Shown here: piece by piece, positions 24,501 through 32,000 of the stretch
How the letters are laid out: the number at the start of each line of letters is the position of its first letter
Numbering within the stretch: the first letter of the stretch is position 1
DNA from: Candidatus Brocadia sapporoensis
GTDB taxonomy: Bacteria > Planctomycetota > Brocadiia > Brocadiales > Brocadiaceae
Direction of reading: 5' to 3'
NCBI RefSeq assembly: GCF_001753675.2
Contig: NZ_MJUW02000072.1
Coordinates: 1 to 32,000, forward strand
DNA length: 32,000 nucleotides
The notes under the pieces: generated by a model
Told to the model about the DNA's origin: nothing
The model's input: the letters and a program-made list of their open reading frames with translations, nothing else
Database searches by the model: none
Translations under genes and position numbers: made by a program

Positions 24501-24802
24501 AAAGGAAGATGAAAAGTATCCATGATATCCGTGATACAATTCTGATGGCGGGCACACGAAGGATACGGCCATGTGTAATGACGGCTGCCACCACCTTTAT
24601 TGGACTTATACCTATCCTGTGGGAAACTGGCGCCGGCGCAGAGGTTGCCAAACCCATGGCAATTCCATCTATCGGGGGTATGGCCATGGCATTGGTCAGC
24701 GTCTTCATCATCCCCTGCCTGAATGCCTGGCACAAGGAACGTAAGTTTTTGAAAGCCGTAAAGCAAAACCCCGGAATTAAGGAGACCGGAGTTTTTGTGT
24801 AA
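21593..24802 (+). CDS. cusA: heavy-metal efflux RND pump, CusA/CzcA family
   Basis: It is co-linear with E. coli CusA as I remember that sequence: MINKLIELCLKNRF..., PPLDEGSILFMPVM, GRAETPTDPAPVEMFETVV, NRVDMLATG, and the TM4 segment GEVSDMSIVMTEN. The Met residues at the three positions of the CusA Cu(I)/Ag(I) methionine cluster appear conserved. I prefer the ATG at 21593 over the track's TTG at 21533. Confidence 0.92.
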   Translation: MINKLIELCLKNRFLIICFYLLVIFGGVFGLKNINMDVIPDIGENQCIIFTDWPGRSPQDVEDQVTYPLTVNLLGVPGVKVIRSQSGFGFSMIFIVFQEKIDFYWARSRVLERLNFVQALLPKDVVPRLGPDATGLGQIFWYTVEGEGYDLGQLRSIQDWFIRYQLNAVEGVSEVAGVGGFVRQYQVDVDPNKLLAYRLTVGNVYEAVRKSNIDVGAKVVESNNMEFIVRGLGFIKNVSDIENITVGSYNGVPIFVKNVGIVQVGGDFRRGALDKEGAEVAGGIVLMRQGQNPLEVIKRIKKKMKEIAPGLPPGVKIVPFYDREGLIYRVIDTLREALIEEIIITSLVVAIFLLHVRSIFICCLGFPISILVSFLGMYFMGIDSNIMSLTGIAIAIGEVSDMSIVMTENIFRNLIEQKDKKSRPQIILDASKEVGSSIFFAALTTIFMFFPVFGLTGQEGKLFKPLAWTKTFAIGASVVMAITLVPILCTFLLKGKLRPMEENFSSRMLLNGYQPVLRWVLDHKKTFLAIPLAIVVSSVFVAKRIGREFMPPLDEGSILFMPVMLPSVALTDAFRVMQKQDMIIKSFPEIDIAVGKLGRAETPTDPAPVEMFETVVTLKPREEWRKKKIEYKFLNYVPPLFHPLFHWILPDERTITKQELIKEMDEALRIPGVANIWTQPIINRVDMLATGIRTSVGVKIFGTDLNVLQQLAIDIEKALQDVPGVADLYAERITGKPYLEYHIKREEIARYGINIQDVQDVIESAIGGENISTTVEGRERYPIRVRYARELRDNFDALKKIYVPSSGGQRIPITQVTDIRYVMGPAMISSENALLRAYVLMNVRGKDPMSFVEEASRVVSQKVMLPHGYFVQWSGQFENQIRARKRLQILVPLSMVVGFLLIFMAFKSFPQTMFILFAGIPTAIAGGVWLQYLFGYNFSVAVWVGFISIFGIVDDDSVLITTYINDLFGKRKMKSIHDIRDTILMAGTRRIRPCVMTAATTFIGLIPILWETGAGAEVAKPMAIPSIGGMAMALVSVFIIPCLNAWHKERKFLKAVKQNPGIKETGVFV

Positions 24803-24979
24803 TCAGACTGTTGTGTCGAAAATATATTTTTAATCAGAAAAGTTTTTTAAAAAAATAGAACATGCAGTTGAAGGACTGTATGAAATAACAGGAACATAGC
24901 AAAGCCTTTGGGCGACAAGCTGCAGCCGGCCTTTTGATTCTGTTTAAATGCGCATTGATTAGAAACAGCGAATCTCATA

Positions 24980-26665
24980 TTACGTCCTGGTCAAATGACG
25001 GTATTTAATACGGTGGGGCTGATCGGCAGCAATGCCAAGGCGTTTTTTTCTATCCGCCTCGTAATCGGAATAGTTTCCTTCAAACCAGACCACCTTGCTG
25101 TCTCCTTCGAAGGCGAGGATATGGGTGGCAATTCGGTCCAGAAACCAGCGGTCGTGGCTGATCACCAGCACACAACCAGAAAAATTTTCCAGGGCATCTT
25201 CCAGTGCCCTCATGGTATTCACGTCAAGATCGTTCGTAGGTTCGTCCAACAGTAGCACATTGGCCCCCTCTTTCAGGATACAGGCAAGATGCACCCTGTT
25301 CCGCTCCCCTCCTGACAAACTGTTCACAGGTTTCTGCTGGTCGGTGCCGGAAAAATTGAAACGCGCCACATATGCCCGTGAATTGACTTCCCTGTTACCA
25401 AGCTTGATAATATCGCGTCCTCCGGAAATGATCTCCCATATCGTCTTTTTCGGATCAAGGGTCGTACGGCTTTGGTCAACATACCCAAGCGTAACCGATT
25501 CCCCAACCCGAATGGAGCCCGTATCCGGTTTCTCCTGGCCGGTAATCATACGAAAGAGGGTCGTTTTTCCGGCTCCGTTCGGGCCGATGATTCCCACAAT
25601 CCCGCCGCGTGGCAGGGAAAACGTCATTCCCTCCATCAGGATGTTATCCCCGTACGCCTTGACGACGTTATCTGCTTCAATAACCAAATTTCCTAGTCGG
25701 GGGCCGGAAGGGATGTAGATTTCCAAATCCTTTACCCGGGTTTCGTTCTGCTGTTCAAGAAGAGATTCATAAGATTTAATACGCGCCTTCGATTTTGCAT
25801 GTCTGCCCTTCGGGGACATTCTGATCCATTCAAGCTCACGCTGCAGGGTCTTTTGTCGCTCGGTTTCCTGCTTCTCCTCCTGCTGTAATCTCTTTTGCTT
25901 TTGTTCAAGCCACGACGAATAGTTTCCCTTCCAGGGGATTCCATACCCCCTGTCCAGTTCCAGAATCCAGCCGGCTACATTATCGAGAAAATAACGGTCA
26001 TGGGTTACGGCTATGATAGTTCCCTCATAAGCCTGTAAATGGTGCTCCAGCCAGGCAACGGTCTCGGCGTCAAGATGATTCGTCGGTTCATCCAGCAGTA
26101 AAATGTCCGGCTTTTTGAGTAATAACCTGCATAGCGCTACACGGCGCCGTTCACCACCGGATAAAACCTTTACCGGAACATTCCCTTCGGGGCAACGCAG
26201 TGCATCCATCGCCATTTCCAGTCTGGCATCCAGATCCCATGCACCCAGGGTATCGATCTTTTCCTGCACTTCACCCTGTCGCTCAATCAGTTTATTCATG
26301 TCTTCGTCTGACATCGGCTCGGCAAACCGTTCGTTGATCTGGTTATATTCCTTGTGCAGATCTACCAGTTCCTGCACCCCTTGTTCCACAATTTCCCGCA
26401 CCGTTTTTGTCTCATCCAGATGTGGTTCTTGTTCCAAAAATCCCACCGAATAACCGGGAGAAAGGGTTACCTGTCCGTTAAAATCCTTATCCACTCCGGC
26501 AAGAATGCGCAGGAGGGAACTCTTCCCTGATCCGTTTAGTCCCAGTACGCCAATTTTTGCGCCGTAAAAATATGAAAGAGAAATATCTTTCAATACGGGT
26601 TTTTTTTCATAGTGTTTGCTCACCTTAAACATGGAATAGATAATTTTATCCGGCTGATTACTCAT
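24980..26665 (-). CDS. ettA: ABC-F ATPase, energy-dependent translational throttle EttA type
   Basis: 561 aa with two ABC cassettes and no TM domain. Walker A motifs: GLNGSGKSS and GPNGAGKTT. Signature motifs: LSGGERRRV and LSGGERNRV. The N-terminus (YSMFKVSKHYEKKPVLKDISLSYFYGAKIGVLGLNGSGKSSLLRILAG) closely parallels E. coli EttA. Confidence 0.9.
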   Translation of the reverse strand: MSNQPDKIIYSMFKVSKHYEKKPVLKDISLSYFYGAKIGVLGLNGSGKSSLLRILAGVDKDFNGQVTLSPGYSVGFLEQEPHLDETKTVREIVEQGVQELVDLHKEYNQINERFAEPMSDEDMNKLIERQGEVQEKIDTLGAWDLDARLEMAMDALRCPEGNVPVKVLSGGERRRVALCRLLLKKPDILLLDEPTNHLDAETVAWLEHHLQAYEGTIIAVTHDRYFLDNVAGWILELDRGYGIPWKGNYSSWLEQKQKRLQQEEKQETERQKTLQRELEWIRMSPKGRHAKSKARIKSYESLLEQQNETRVKDLEIYIPSGPRLGNLVIEADNVVKAYGDNILMEGMTFSLPRGGIVGIIGPNGAGKTTLFRMITGQEKPDTGSIRVGESVTLGYVDQSRTTLDPKKTIWEIISGGRDIIKLGNREVNSRAYVARFNFSGTDQQKPVNSLSGGERNRVHLACILKEGANVLLLDEPTNDLDVNTMRALEDALENFSGCVLVISHDRWFLDRIATHILAFEGDSKVVWFEGNYSDYEADRKKRLGIAADQPHRIKYRHLTRT

Positions 26666-26820
26666 AAAGATGTCTCTTGAGAAAGATTATTGAATTTCAT
26701 ACCACAATCGGAATAACTTGAGGAGGTATCTGTAAAGCAACTGCGAATTAAAGACAGTTTACGACAAATGGATTAAGCGAAACGAATCCACCGCTTCATT
26801 TCTAGAAAAAAACAACCAGG

Positions 26821-27390
26821 CTACTTTGGTTTAAAGGTAAATTTTTGTCCCCCAATCGCAGCCTCGTACATTAAACCGGATTTCGATAAAGTAGCAATGG
26901 CAACACCCTCACTGTATGCTGCATCCGCAGAAACCCCGGAGGTCGCTGCTATAGCGGACGCCTGCGCCCCTAGTTTAAGCTTACCGGCCTTGAAGTCTTC
27001 GAGGGTCGCCTTGTCCTTGAAAAAAACAATCTCGCTGTATTGCTGACCACCAAATTGTAAACCCAAAGTTACCTGTACCAGATCGGCAGTGCCAATGTAG
27101 TTCCCCTTTTCATAAACTTCCCCCTTACCGTGAGCCGCTCCTATGCCAATCCCCCCTTTCGTTACCGTGGGGAATACTGCGTAACCGTATGCCTTCTCAA
27201 AATAGATATCCAAATACGAATAGTGAGTTTTAAAATCCGTGATCGTTTTTGCAGACAGTGTTTGGGTAATGTCAATATCATGACCTTTTGCAGTTTCCGT
27301 TTCGGACGGACGCCATCCTGCATAAACGGACCCGGCTGTAATATTCGTTAAGGTAATCATGATAAGATTTACCATAAGTAATTTTTTCAT
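26821..27390 (-). CDS. secreted SYLF (DUF500/Ysc84-like) domain protein
   Basis: The start is trimmed to MKKLLMVNLIMITLTNITAGSVYA, which has AGGAG 6 nt upstream. The domain pattern is AYGYAVFPTVTKGGIGIGAAHGKGEVY...VTLGLQFGGQQYSEIVFF. Confidence 0.7.
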   Translation of the reverse strand: MKKLLMVNLIMITLTNITAGSVYAGWRPSETETAKGHDIDITQTLSAKTITDFKTHYSYLDIYFEKAYGYAVFPTVTKGGIGIGAAHGKGEVYEKGNYIGTADLVQVTLGLQFGGQQYSEIVFFKDKATLEDFKAGKLKLGAQASAIAATSGVSADAAYSEGVAIATLSKSGLMYEAAIGGQKFTFKPK

Positions 27391-27556
27391 TTCATACTCC
27401 TTTAAAGTCAAATTTGTGTTCGATTCGAGAGATTCAGCATTCGTCTGAAAGACTTTTTCCGCAACGGGCAATCAGTATAAGGAATAGTAAACAGACTTTC
27501 ATTCTGAGCCTAAGCAGGCAAAGCGCCTCCTGGAAAAATATTTGGAGACATAAAGA

Positions 27557-30500
27557 TTATTTTCGCGCCACCGGCACGATAGTTAAGGTTTCCCGCTTAC
27601 CGTTCCTGAGTACGATTATTTCGATTGGTTTGCCGAATCCCGCGGTATCCATCAGATAATTGTAATCGTAAAGATTGGTAATCTTGTTACCGGCAATTTC
27701 AACAACAATATCCCCATTTTTCATTCCAGCCTTATCTGCCGGTCCATCCTTTTTCACCGTGTCGATCTTAACTCCTTCTTTCGTTTCAGAGGTAAAATCT
27801 GGTATTGTTCCCCATGAAGCTTTTCGGCTAACCTTTTCTGTTTTATGTTCTTCTAAGGGTGTAATTCTTTTGTAATCCGGACGTTCTGTCTGCGGAAGCA
27901 GATCAATTAAGATTGAGCGCGAGAATCCGGCAATCCTTACCATACCATCATAATTCAGAGTTATTGGGTCATCCGTAGGACGGTTATAATCTTCGTGTAC
28001 GCCGGTAAAAAAATGGATTACCGGGATCCCCTTCGGGTAGAAGGAAGAAACATCCGTGGGTTGATACGGATCTTGAAGAAGTTTTACTTGAAATCCCGCT
28101 TTTACATTGGATTTTTCTATAAGCCGGCTCCAGATATTTGACGAACTTACTCCTTCGACAATCAGATTGTTTCCTCTCAGCCGGCCTACCATATCAAAAT
28201 TCATATAGGCAATGACGTTTTTGAGAGGAACCGTTGGATGGCTTGCAAAATAGGAAGATCCAAGGCATCCCAGTTCTTCGCCTGACCAGAGAGCGAAGAC
28301 AATTCCTCGTTTAAAGATCTGCGGATTATTTTTCCGTTCTTCTGCAAGTGAAGAGGCTAGTTCCAGCACAACAGCAACACCCGATGCGTTATCGTCGGCG
28401 CCATTGTGTATCTGTCCCTCTTCCTCCTTATGTGCCAGCGAATCGACACCACCGCGTCCAATATGGTCATAATGTGCGCCAACAATGATACACTCAGCAC
28501 CTTCACTTTTTTCATCCGGTGGCAAAAAACCGAGGACATTACAGTCTGCTTCTTTTATTTGTTCAACAGCAGTAGAAACTTTTACCGTTACTTTCGGCAA
28601 AAGAAAGCTACCCTGGGTTTGAGGATTTTCAGTATCCAGTGCTGCTTGAACTGTTCCAAGATTTCTGCCGGAATTGGCAAAGAGCGCTTCGGCTACCGCA
28701 CCGCTTATGGAGACTACGCTGATTCCTGAGTCTGCAGATGCCTTATCGCGGGAAAAAGGGATCAATTTCCCTGCATCAGAAGACCCAGGGCCAATGACAA
28801 CTAACAATGCCCGCGCCCCGCGTTCACGCGCCAGCACAGCCTTATGTCGTAACCCCGAGTGTCTGCTGAGTTCCAGATGCCTTTTCATATCGACCTTTTC
28901 GGGAACGTGGTGAAGAATTAAAACGATCTTGTCTTTTACGTCAATACCAGCGTATGAATCATATCGGTTACCGTTATCTCCCGGGATGGATAGGCCGTAG
29001 CCGGCAAAAACCACCTGCCCTTCTACCCCACCATTAGCGGTAAATGTAAGGGGAAGAAAATCCCTTTCCACCTCAAACGACACAGTTTCTGTTCCCTTTC
29101 CTTCTCTCATAATTTGAAGATGGTTTTGAGAAGGGACGAATTTCGATCCTGAGATAAAAGGAAATTCCTGGAAGTATCTGCCCTTGTTTCCGAGGGGTTT
29201 TAGCCCGATTTCATGAAAATAGCCGGCGATATATTGAGCTGCCATCTGGGTGCCCCGGCTACCTGTCATCCTGCCTTCCAATTCATCAGAAGCCAGGTAT
29301 TTTACCTGTGCGCAAAGGTCAGCGGAAGTAATGTCCGGAGAAAACCGATATGCTCCGCTTTTGCCCTCATCATATTGCTTCTGGTTGGTATCGGTTGCGG
29401 TGTCTTCTTTCAACGCGCCAGAGGGGGCATGCAGTTCTGTTGCCTGAGCACCGGATCTGCTGGGGGATAATTTTAAAGCCTCCCTTGCTGCTTCGTGGTT
29501 CCAGGCAGCAAGAAATAATTGAGAATCACCATTTGATGTGCGTCCGGAGGTCCACGCAAGCTGTTTGCCGTCAGGTGAAAATACCGGTAAACCATCGAAC
29601 CTATCGGTAAACGTTACCCGTACAGGCTCTTTTTCTCCCCGGGTATCTACGAGAAACAATTCACAATTCGTGAATCCCAGTTTATTTGAATGAAAAATGA
29701 CATACTCGCCCGATGGATGATAATAAGGAGCCCAGGACATTGATTTGAAATCGGTCAGTCTGCATACATCTGTCCCGTCAACTTTCATGGTGTAGATATC
29801 TGCCAGCATGCCATTCTCATTGAAATGCCTCCAGATGATCCGCTCACCATCGGGACTAAAAAACGGTCCGCCGTCATACCCGTCCCAGGTAGTTAATCGT
29901 TTTTGATCGGAACCATCGGCATTCATGATATAGATTTCACCAAAATAACCAGGATTCGTTTCCATGCGTTTTCGGTCTTCCGGTGTAAGTTTTTCAATCG
30001 GGTAGGCATCCCGCAAAGAACAAAATACAATTTTGTTTCCATCAGGAGAATAGGCGCCTTCCGCATCATAACCGACTGCGTTCGTTAAGCGCCTTAATGC
30101 GCTTCCATCACGGTTGGCTGAAAAGATGTCGTAGTGGCTGTCATAATCCCATGTAAAACGACGCTTTTCCCCCGATGAACGGAATTCAATTTCCGCCTGT
30201 TGCTTTGCCCTGGCTTCAGGGTCAAGGTGGGTTGATGCAAAGAGTACCTCGTCAGTATTGGGCCGAAAAAACGAACACGTGGTTTTTCCCGTCCCGGGAG
30301 AAATTCTATGCGTGTCTCCCGTCTCTAAATTCATCATATAAATCTGATAAAATGGGTTCTCCGGGTCACGTTCGCTCTGGAAGATTAAAAATTTTCCGTC
30401 CTGAGAAAAATAACCTTCTCCGGCGCTTTTCCCTTGGAGAGTCAGTTGTCTGATATTCGTTAAAAATTGATCTTCTCCTTTTTCAGGCTCATGAGCGCAT

Positions 30501-30571
30501 ACGGCTTTCTTGTCAGGGCATATCGCGAGTATAAGCACAAACACCATAAACACGGCTACTATTTTTTGCAT
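27557..30571 (-). CDS. secreted multidomain peptidase: TolB-like beta-propeller + PA domain + M28 metallopeptidase + PDZ
   Basis: The start is trimmed to MQKIVAVFMVFVLILAIC (signal peptide). About six PD40-like blades are visible (FSQDGKFLIFQS, YSPDGNKIVFCS, FSPDGERIIWRH, YHPSGEYVIFHS, FSPDGKQLAWTS). M28 ligand contexts are GAHYDHIG, GADDNASG, SGEELGCLGS, NFDMVG and HEDYNRPTDD. The C-terminal PDZ region is GVKIDTVKKDGPADKAGMKNGDIVVEIAG. Confidence 0.8.
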   Translation of the reverse strand: MQKIVAVFMVFVLILAICPDKKAVCAHEPEKGEDQFLTNIRQLTLQGKSAGEGYFSQDGKFLIFQSERDPENPFYQIYMMNLETGDTHRISPGTGKTTCSFFRPNTDEVLFASTHLDPEARAKQQAEIEFRSSGEKRRFTWDYDSHYDIFSANRDGSALRRLTNAVGYDAEGAYSPDGNKIVFCSLRDAYPIEKLTPEDRKRMETNPGYFGEIYIMNADGSDQKRLTTWDGYDGGPFFSPDGERIIWRHFNENGMLADIYTMKVDGTDVCRLTDFKSMSWAPYYHPSGEYVIFHSNKLGFTNCELFLVDTRGEKEPVRVTFTDRFDGLPVFSPDGKQLAWTSGRTSNGDSQLFLAAWNHEAAREALKLSPSRSGAQATELHAPSGALKEDTATDTNQKQYDEGKSGAYRFSPDITSADLCAQVKYLASDELEGRMTGSRGTQMAAQYIAGYFHEIGLKPLGNKGRYFQEFPFISGSKFVPSQNHLQIMREGKGTETVSFEVERDFLPLTFTANGGVEGQVVFAGYGLSIPGDNGNRYDSYAGIDVKDKIVLILHHVPEKVDMKRHLELSRHSGLRHKAVLARERGARALLVVIGPGSSDAGKLIPFSRDKASADSGISVVSISGAVAEALFANSGRNLGTVQAALDTENPQTQGSFLLPKVTVKVSTAVEQIKEADCNVLGFLPPDEKSEGAECIIVGAHYDHIGRGGVDSLAHKEEEGQIHNGADDNASGVAVVLELASSLAEERKNNPQIFKRGIVFALWSGEELGCLGSSYFASHPTVPLKNVIAYMNFDMVGRLRGNNLIVEGVSSSNIWSRLIEKSNVKAGFQVKLLQDPYQPTDVSSFYPKGIPVIHFFTGVHEDYNRPTDDPITLNYDGMVRIAGFSRSILIDLLPQTERPDYKRITPLEEHKTEKVSRKASWGTIPDFTSETKEGVKIDTVKKDGPADKAGMKNGDIVVEIAGNKITNLYDYNYLMDTAGFGKPIEIIVLRNGKRETLTIVPVARK

Positions 30572-30888
30572 AAAAATATGGTCCTCTCTCCTACTCGTCA
30601 TGATAATACACAAAGTAGGCAGACAAATGATATTGTATCAGGCTGCATTGAGCAGCGGCCTTTTGTTTGTAAAGCGATGAGGTTCGCCGCTCTACAAAGA
30701 CAACTTTGAAATTCCTTATCATAATTAATTTAACCATCCGGCAACGCCTTCGTTTAAAGAGGAGGGTTGCTTTTACAAGAAGAACGGTTCAATACTTAGA
30801 AATCTGCGGACGATAGTATTTCGAATAATAATAAACCATGAATCATCTGTCAATACATAACTCCTCTTTCATTTATGTAATTTCTCGA

Positions 30889-30917
30889 TTGACAGGACAC
30901 TATGGGATTGCTATAAA
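30889..30917 (+). promoter_or_regulatory. candidate sigma70-type promoter of the carbonic anhydrase gene
   Basis: TTGACA (30889-30894), a 17-nt spacer, then TATAAA (30912-30917). It lies about 60 nt upstream of the ATG at 30980. Confidence 0.5.
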
Positions 30918-30979
30918 TGCGAGGCCTTGAAGAAATAGATTTTTTATGAAATGACCTGTACCTAACACGACGAGATATA

Positions 30980-31765
30980 ATGAGTATATTTCAACGGCTT
31001 TTTTTGACAATACTTTTCCTGTCTCTCTTTTTTCCTGGAACAAATAATTTACTCGCCGAGCCAGACAATCAGGAACATGCACCTCATCGGAGCAATAAAG
31101 GCGAACATGGTTCCGGGCATTGGGGTAGCAGAAAAGATGATTGTTTTAAATGTAACGATAATATGAGGCAGAGGCAATCCCCCATTGGTATTTCCACAAC
31201 CGAAAAAGGTCCTCTGGAGAGTATCAACTTTCATTACTATCCAACCCCTTTAAAAATCATAAACAATGGCTATACCATTCAAATCAATTATGGAAACGGG
31301 AGTTACATAACTGTTGGCAACACACGATATGAACTTATGCAGTTTCATTTTCATCATCCCTGTGAACATATTATAAACGGGCAATCTTACCCGATGGAAG
31401 CGCATTTGGTACATAAAGCTGCAGACGGGAAACTGGCTGTTGTTGGCGTACTTATGAAAGAGGGTAAAGGGAATGATTTCATCAAAACGCTATGGAAGTA
31501 TTTCCCGAAAGAAGGTGAGAACGAGGTTGTTTCTATCGGTCAAAAAATTGACGCCAATCAACTGCTCCCGGCGAATGTTATAAATTATTATCATTATTCC
31601 GGTTCTCTAACAACACCCCCCTACAGCGAAATTGTTAATTGGTTTATTTTAAAGACACCAATTACAATATCAAAGGTACAGGTAGACACATTTAAATCGA
31701 TCTTTAAGAAGAGTGCCAGACCAATTCAGCCCCGACACGGAAGGATTGTCAAGGAAAACAATTAA
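30980..31765 (+). CDS. alpha-class carbonic anhydrase, secreted
   Basis: 261 aa with the signal peptide MSIFQRLFLTILFLSLFFPGTNNLLA. The zinc-ligand context is QFHFHHPCEH...EAHLVHK. The motif YSGSLTTPP is also present. Confidence 0.9.
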   Translation: MSIFQRLFLTILFLSLFFPGTNNLLAEPDNQEHAPHRSNKGEHGSGHWGSRKDDCFKCNDNMRQRQSPIGISTTEKGPLESINFHYYPTPLKIINNGYTIQINYGNGSYITVGNTRYELMQFHFHHPCEHIINGQSYPMEAHLVHKAADGKLAVVGVLMKEGKGNDFIKTLWKYFPKEGENEVVSIGQKIDANQLLPANVINYYHYSGSLTTPPYSEIVNWFILKTPITISKVQVDTFKSIFKKSARPIQPRHGRIVKENN

Positions 31766-31771
31766 TTTTGT

Positions 31772-32000
31772 ATGGCAAAATTAAAACTTGATCTGCACGA
31801 CATTTGCAAAAACGGCTCTTTAATCGAAAGCGAACTCAACCGGATTATCTTTGAGGCCGTTGAGAAAAAGATTGCACTGGTGGAAATCATCCCGGGAAAA
31901 GGAAGCGGGCAGTTAAAGAAAACCGTCCTACGCTTTCTTAATCGCACGGACATCAAAAAACTCTATCACCGTATTGAGAAAGATCGTGACAATTTTGGAA
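31772..32000 (+). CDS. Smr-domain protein, 3'-truncated by the window edge (absent from the ORF track)
   Basis: The frame is open from the ATG at 31772 to the end of the window. Translation: MAKLKLDLHDICKNGSLIESELNRIIFEAVEKKIALVEIIPGKGSGQLKKTVLRFL... The LDLH... and GKGSGxLK motifs are typical of small Smr/MutS2 C-terminal domain proteins. Confidence 0.6.
   Translation, partial: MAKLKLDLHDICKNGSLIESELNRIIFEAVEKKIALVEIIPGKGSGQLKKTVLRFLNRTDIKKLYHRIEKDRDNFG

Noticed and set aside
21939-24766. Multiple ORFs on both strands inside cusA (e.g. 22573-23013, 24314-24766, 23158-23487)
   Set aside because: All are nested in or antisense to a full-length, motif-complete RND pump gene. None has independent support.
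24936-24974. Hairpin GATT-CTGTTT...AAACAG-cg-AATC in the convergent cusA/ettA gap, as a possible bidirectional terminator
   Set aside because: The stem is interrupted, the loop is 17 nt, and there is no U-run on either strand. That is not enough to call a terminator.
24995-26453. Plus-strand ORFs of 60-207 aa (e.g. 25095-25718, 26103-26453) overlapping ettA
   Set aside because: These are antisense shadow ORFs of a highly conserved, relatively GC-rich gene. Their Ser/Arg/Pro-rich translations contain no recognisable motifs.
27391-27471. 5' extension of the SYLF gene (track start 27471), and the similar extension of the peptidase gene (30572-30613)
   Set aside because: Internal Met codons give canonical signal peptides directly at the N-terminus, and AGGAG lies 6 nt upstream of 27390. 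The extensions add non-hydrophobic leaders.
24980-30613. Apparent rise in GC content over ettA through the peptidase, as a possible horizontally acquired island
   Set aside because: I judged this by eye from a few 60-nt lines (about 25% GC in the lipid operon versus above 50% in parts of ettA) and did not compute it. The region holds a core gene (ettA) and has no integrase, tRNA or direct-repeat boundaries. A sliding-window GC and codon-usage calculation would be needed.
31762-31956. 64-aa minus-strand ORF at the window end
   Set aside because: The opposite strand carries an open frame with clear Smr-domain motifs starting at 31772.
1-32000. Search for tRNA/rRNA, CRISPR arrays, IS elements, integrases and toxin-antitoxin or defence-system genes
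   Set aside because: I saw no T-loop-like GGTTCGAATCC-type motifs or cloverleaf candidates in the intergenic regions. There are no spaced direct repeats of 25-40 nt. No transposase, recombinase or nuclease-NTPase signatures appear in any ORF translation.

Overview
This is an AT-rich bacterial chromosomal segment whose composition varies strongly by eye. About 27 protein genes are supportable. I found no rRNA, tRNA, CRISPR array, transposase or integrase.

Gene order:
- An outer-membrane beta-barrel protein and two hypothetical genes (68-2691).
- A tight six-gene operon (2925-9180): ACP, FabZ, a KS, a catalytically dead KS-like partner, a CrtI-like flavoenzyme and a cobalamin-type radical SAM enzyme.
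- Housekeeping genes: lpd, alpha-glucan phosphorylase, a HAD hydrolase, a second FabZ-like gene, rplM-rpsI and an SDR epimerase.
- A BlaI-like repressor and an M56 (BlaR1-like) membrane protease directly upstream of a TolC/CusB/CusA-type heavy-metal RND efflux system (16285-24802).
- ettA, a SYLF-domain protein, a 1004-aa beta-propeller/PA/M28/PDZ fusion peptidase, a secreted alpha-carbonic anhydrase and a truncated Smr-domain gene at the window edge.

The most interesting item is the 2925-9180 operon. It has the gene content that comparative genomics proposed for ladderane (concatenated cyclobutane) lipid synthesis in anammox planctomycetes, and that pathway is, to my knowledge, still unproven biochemically. 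Assigning this window to an anammox genome is my inference from gene content and low GC. I cannot verify it here.

The second item is the proteolytic-signalling BlaI/M56 pair wired to a Cu/Ag-type efflux pump. It comes with a perfect TACA/TGTA palindrome inside the promoter spacer, Cys clusters on the M56 protein, and a CusB adaptor carrying six Cys-rich metal-binding modules.

Several structured non-coding elements are also reported: two related 28-nt palindromes, GC-rich nested hairpins, and a CTGTG x3 repeat.
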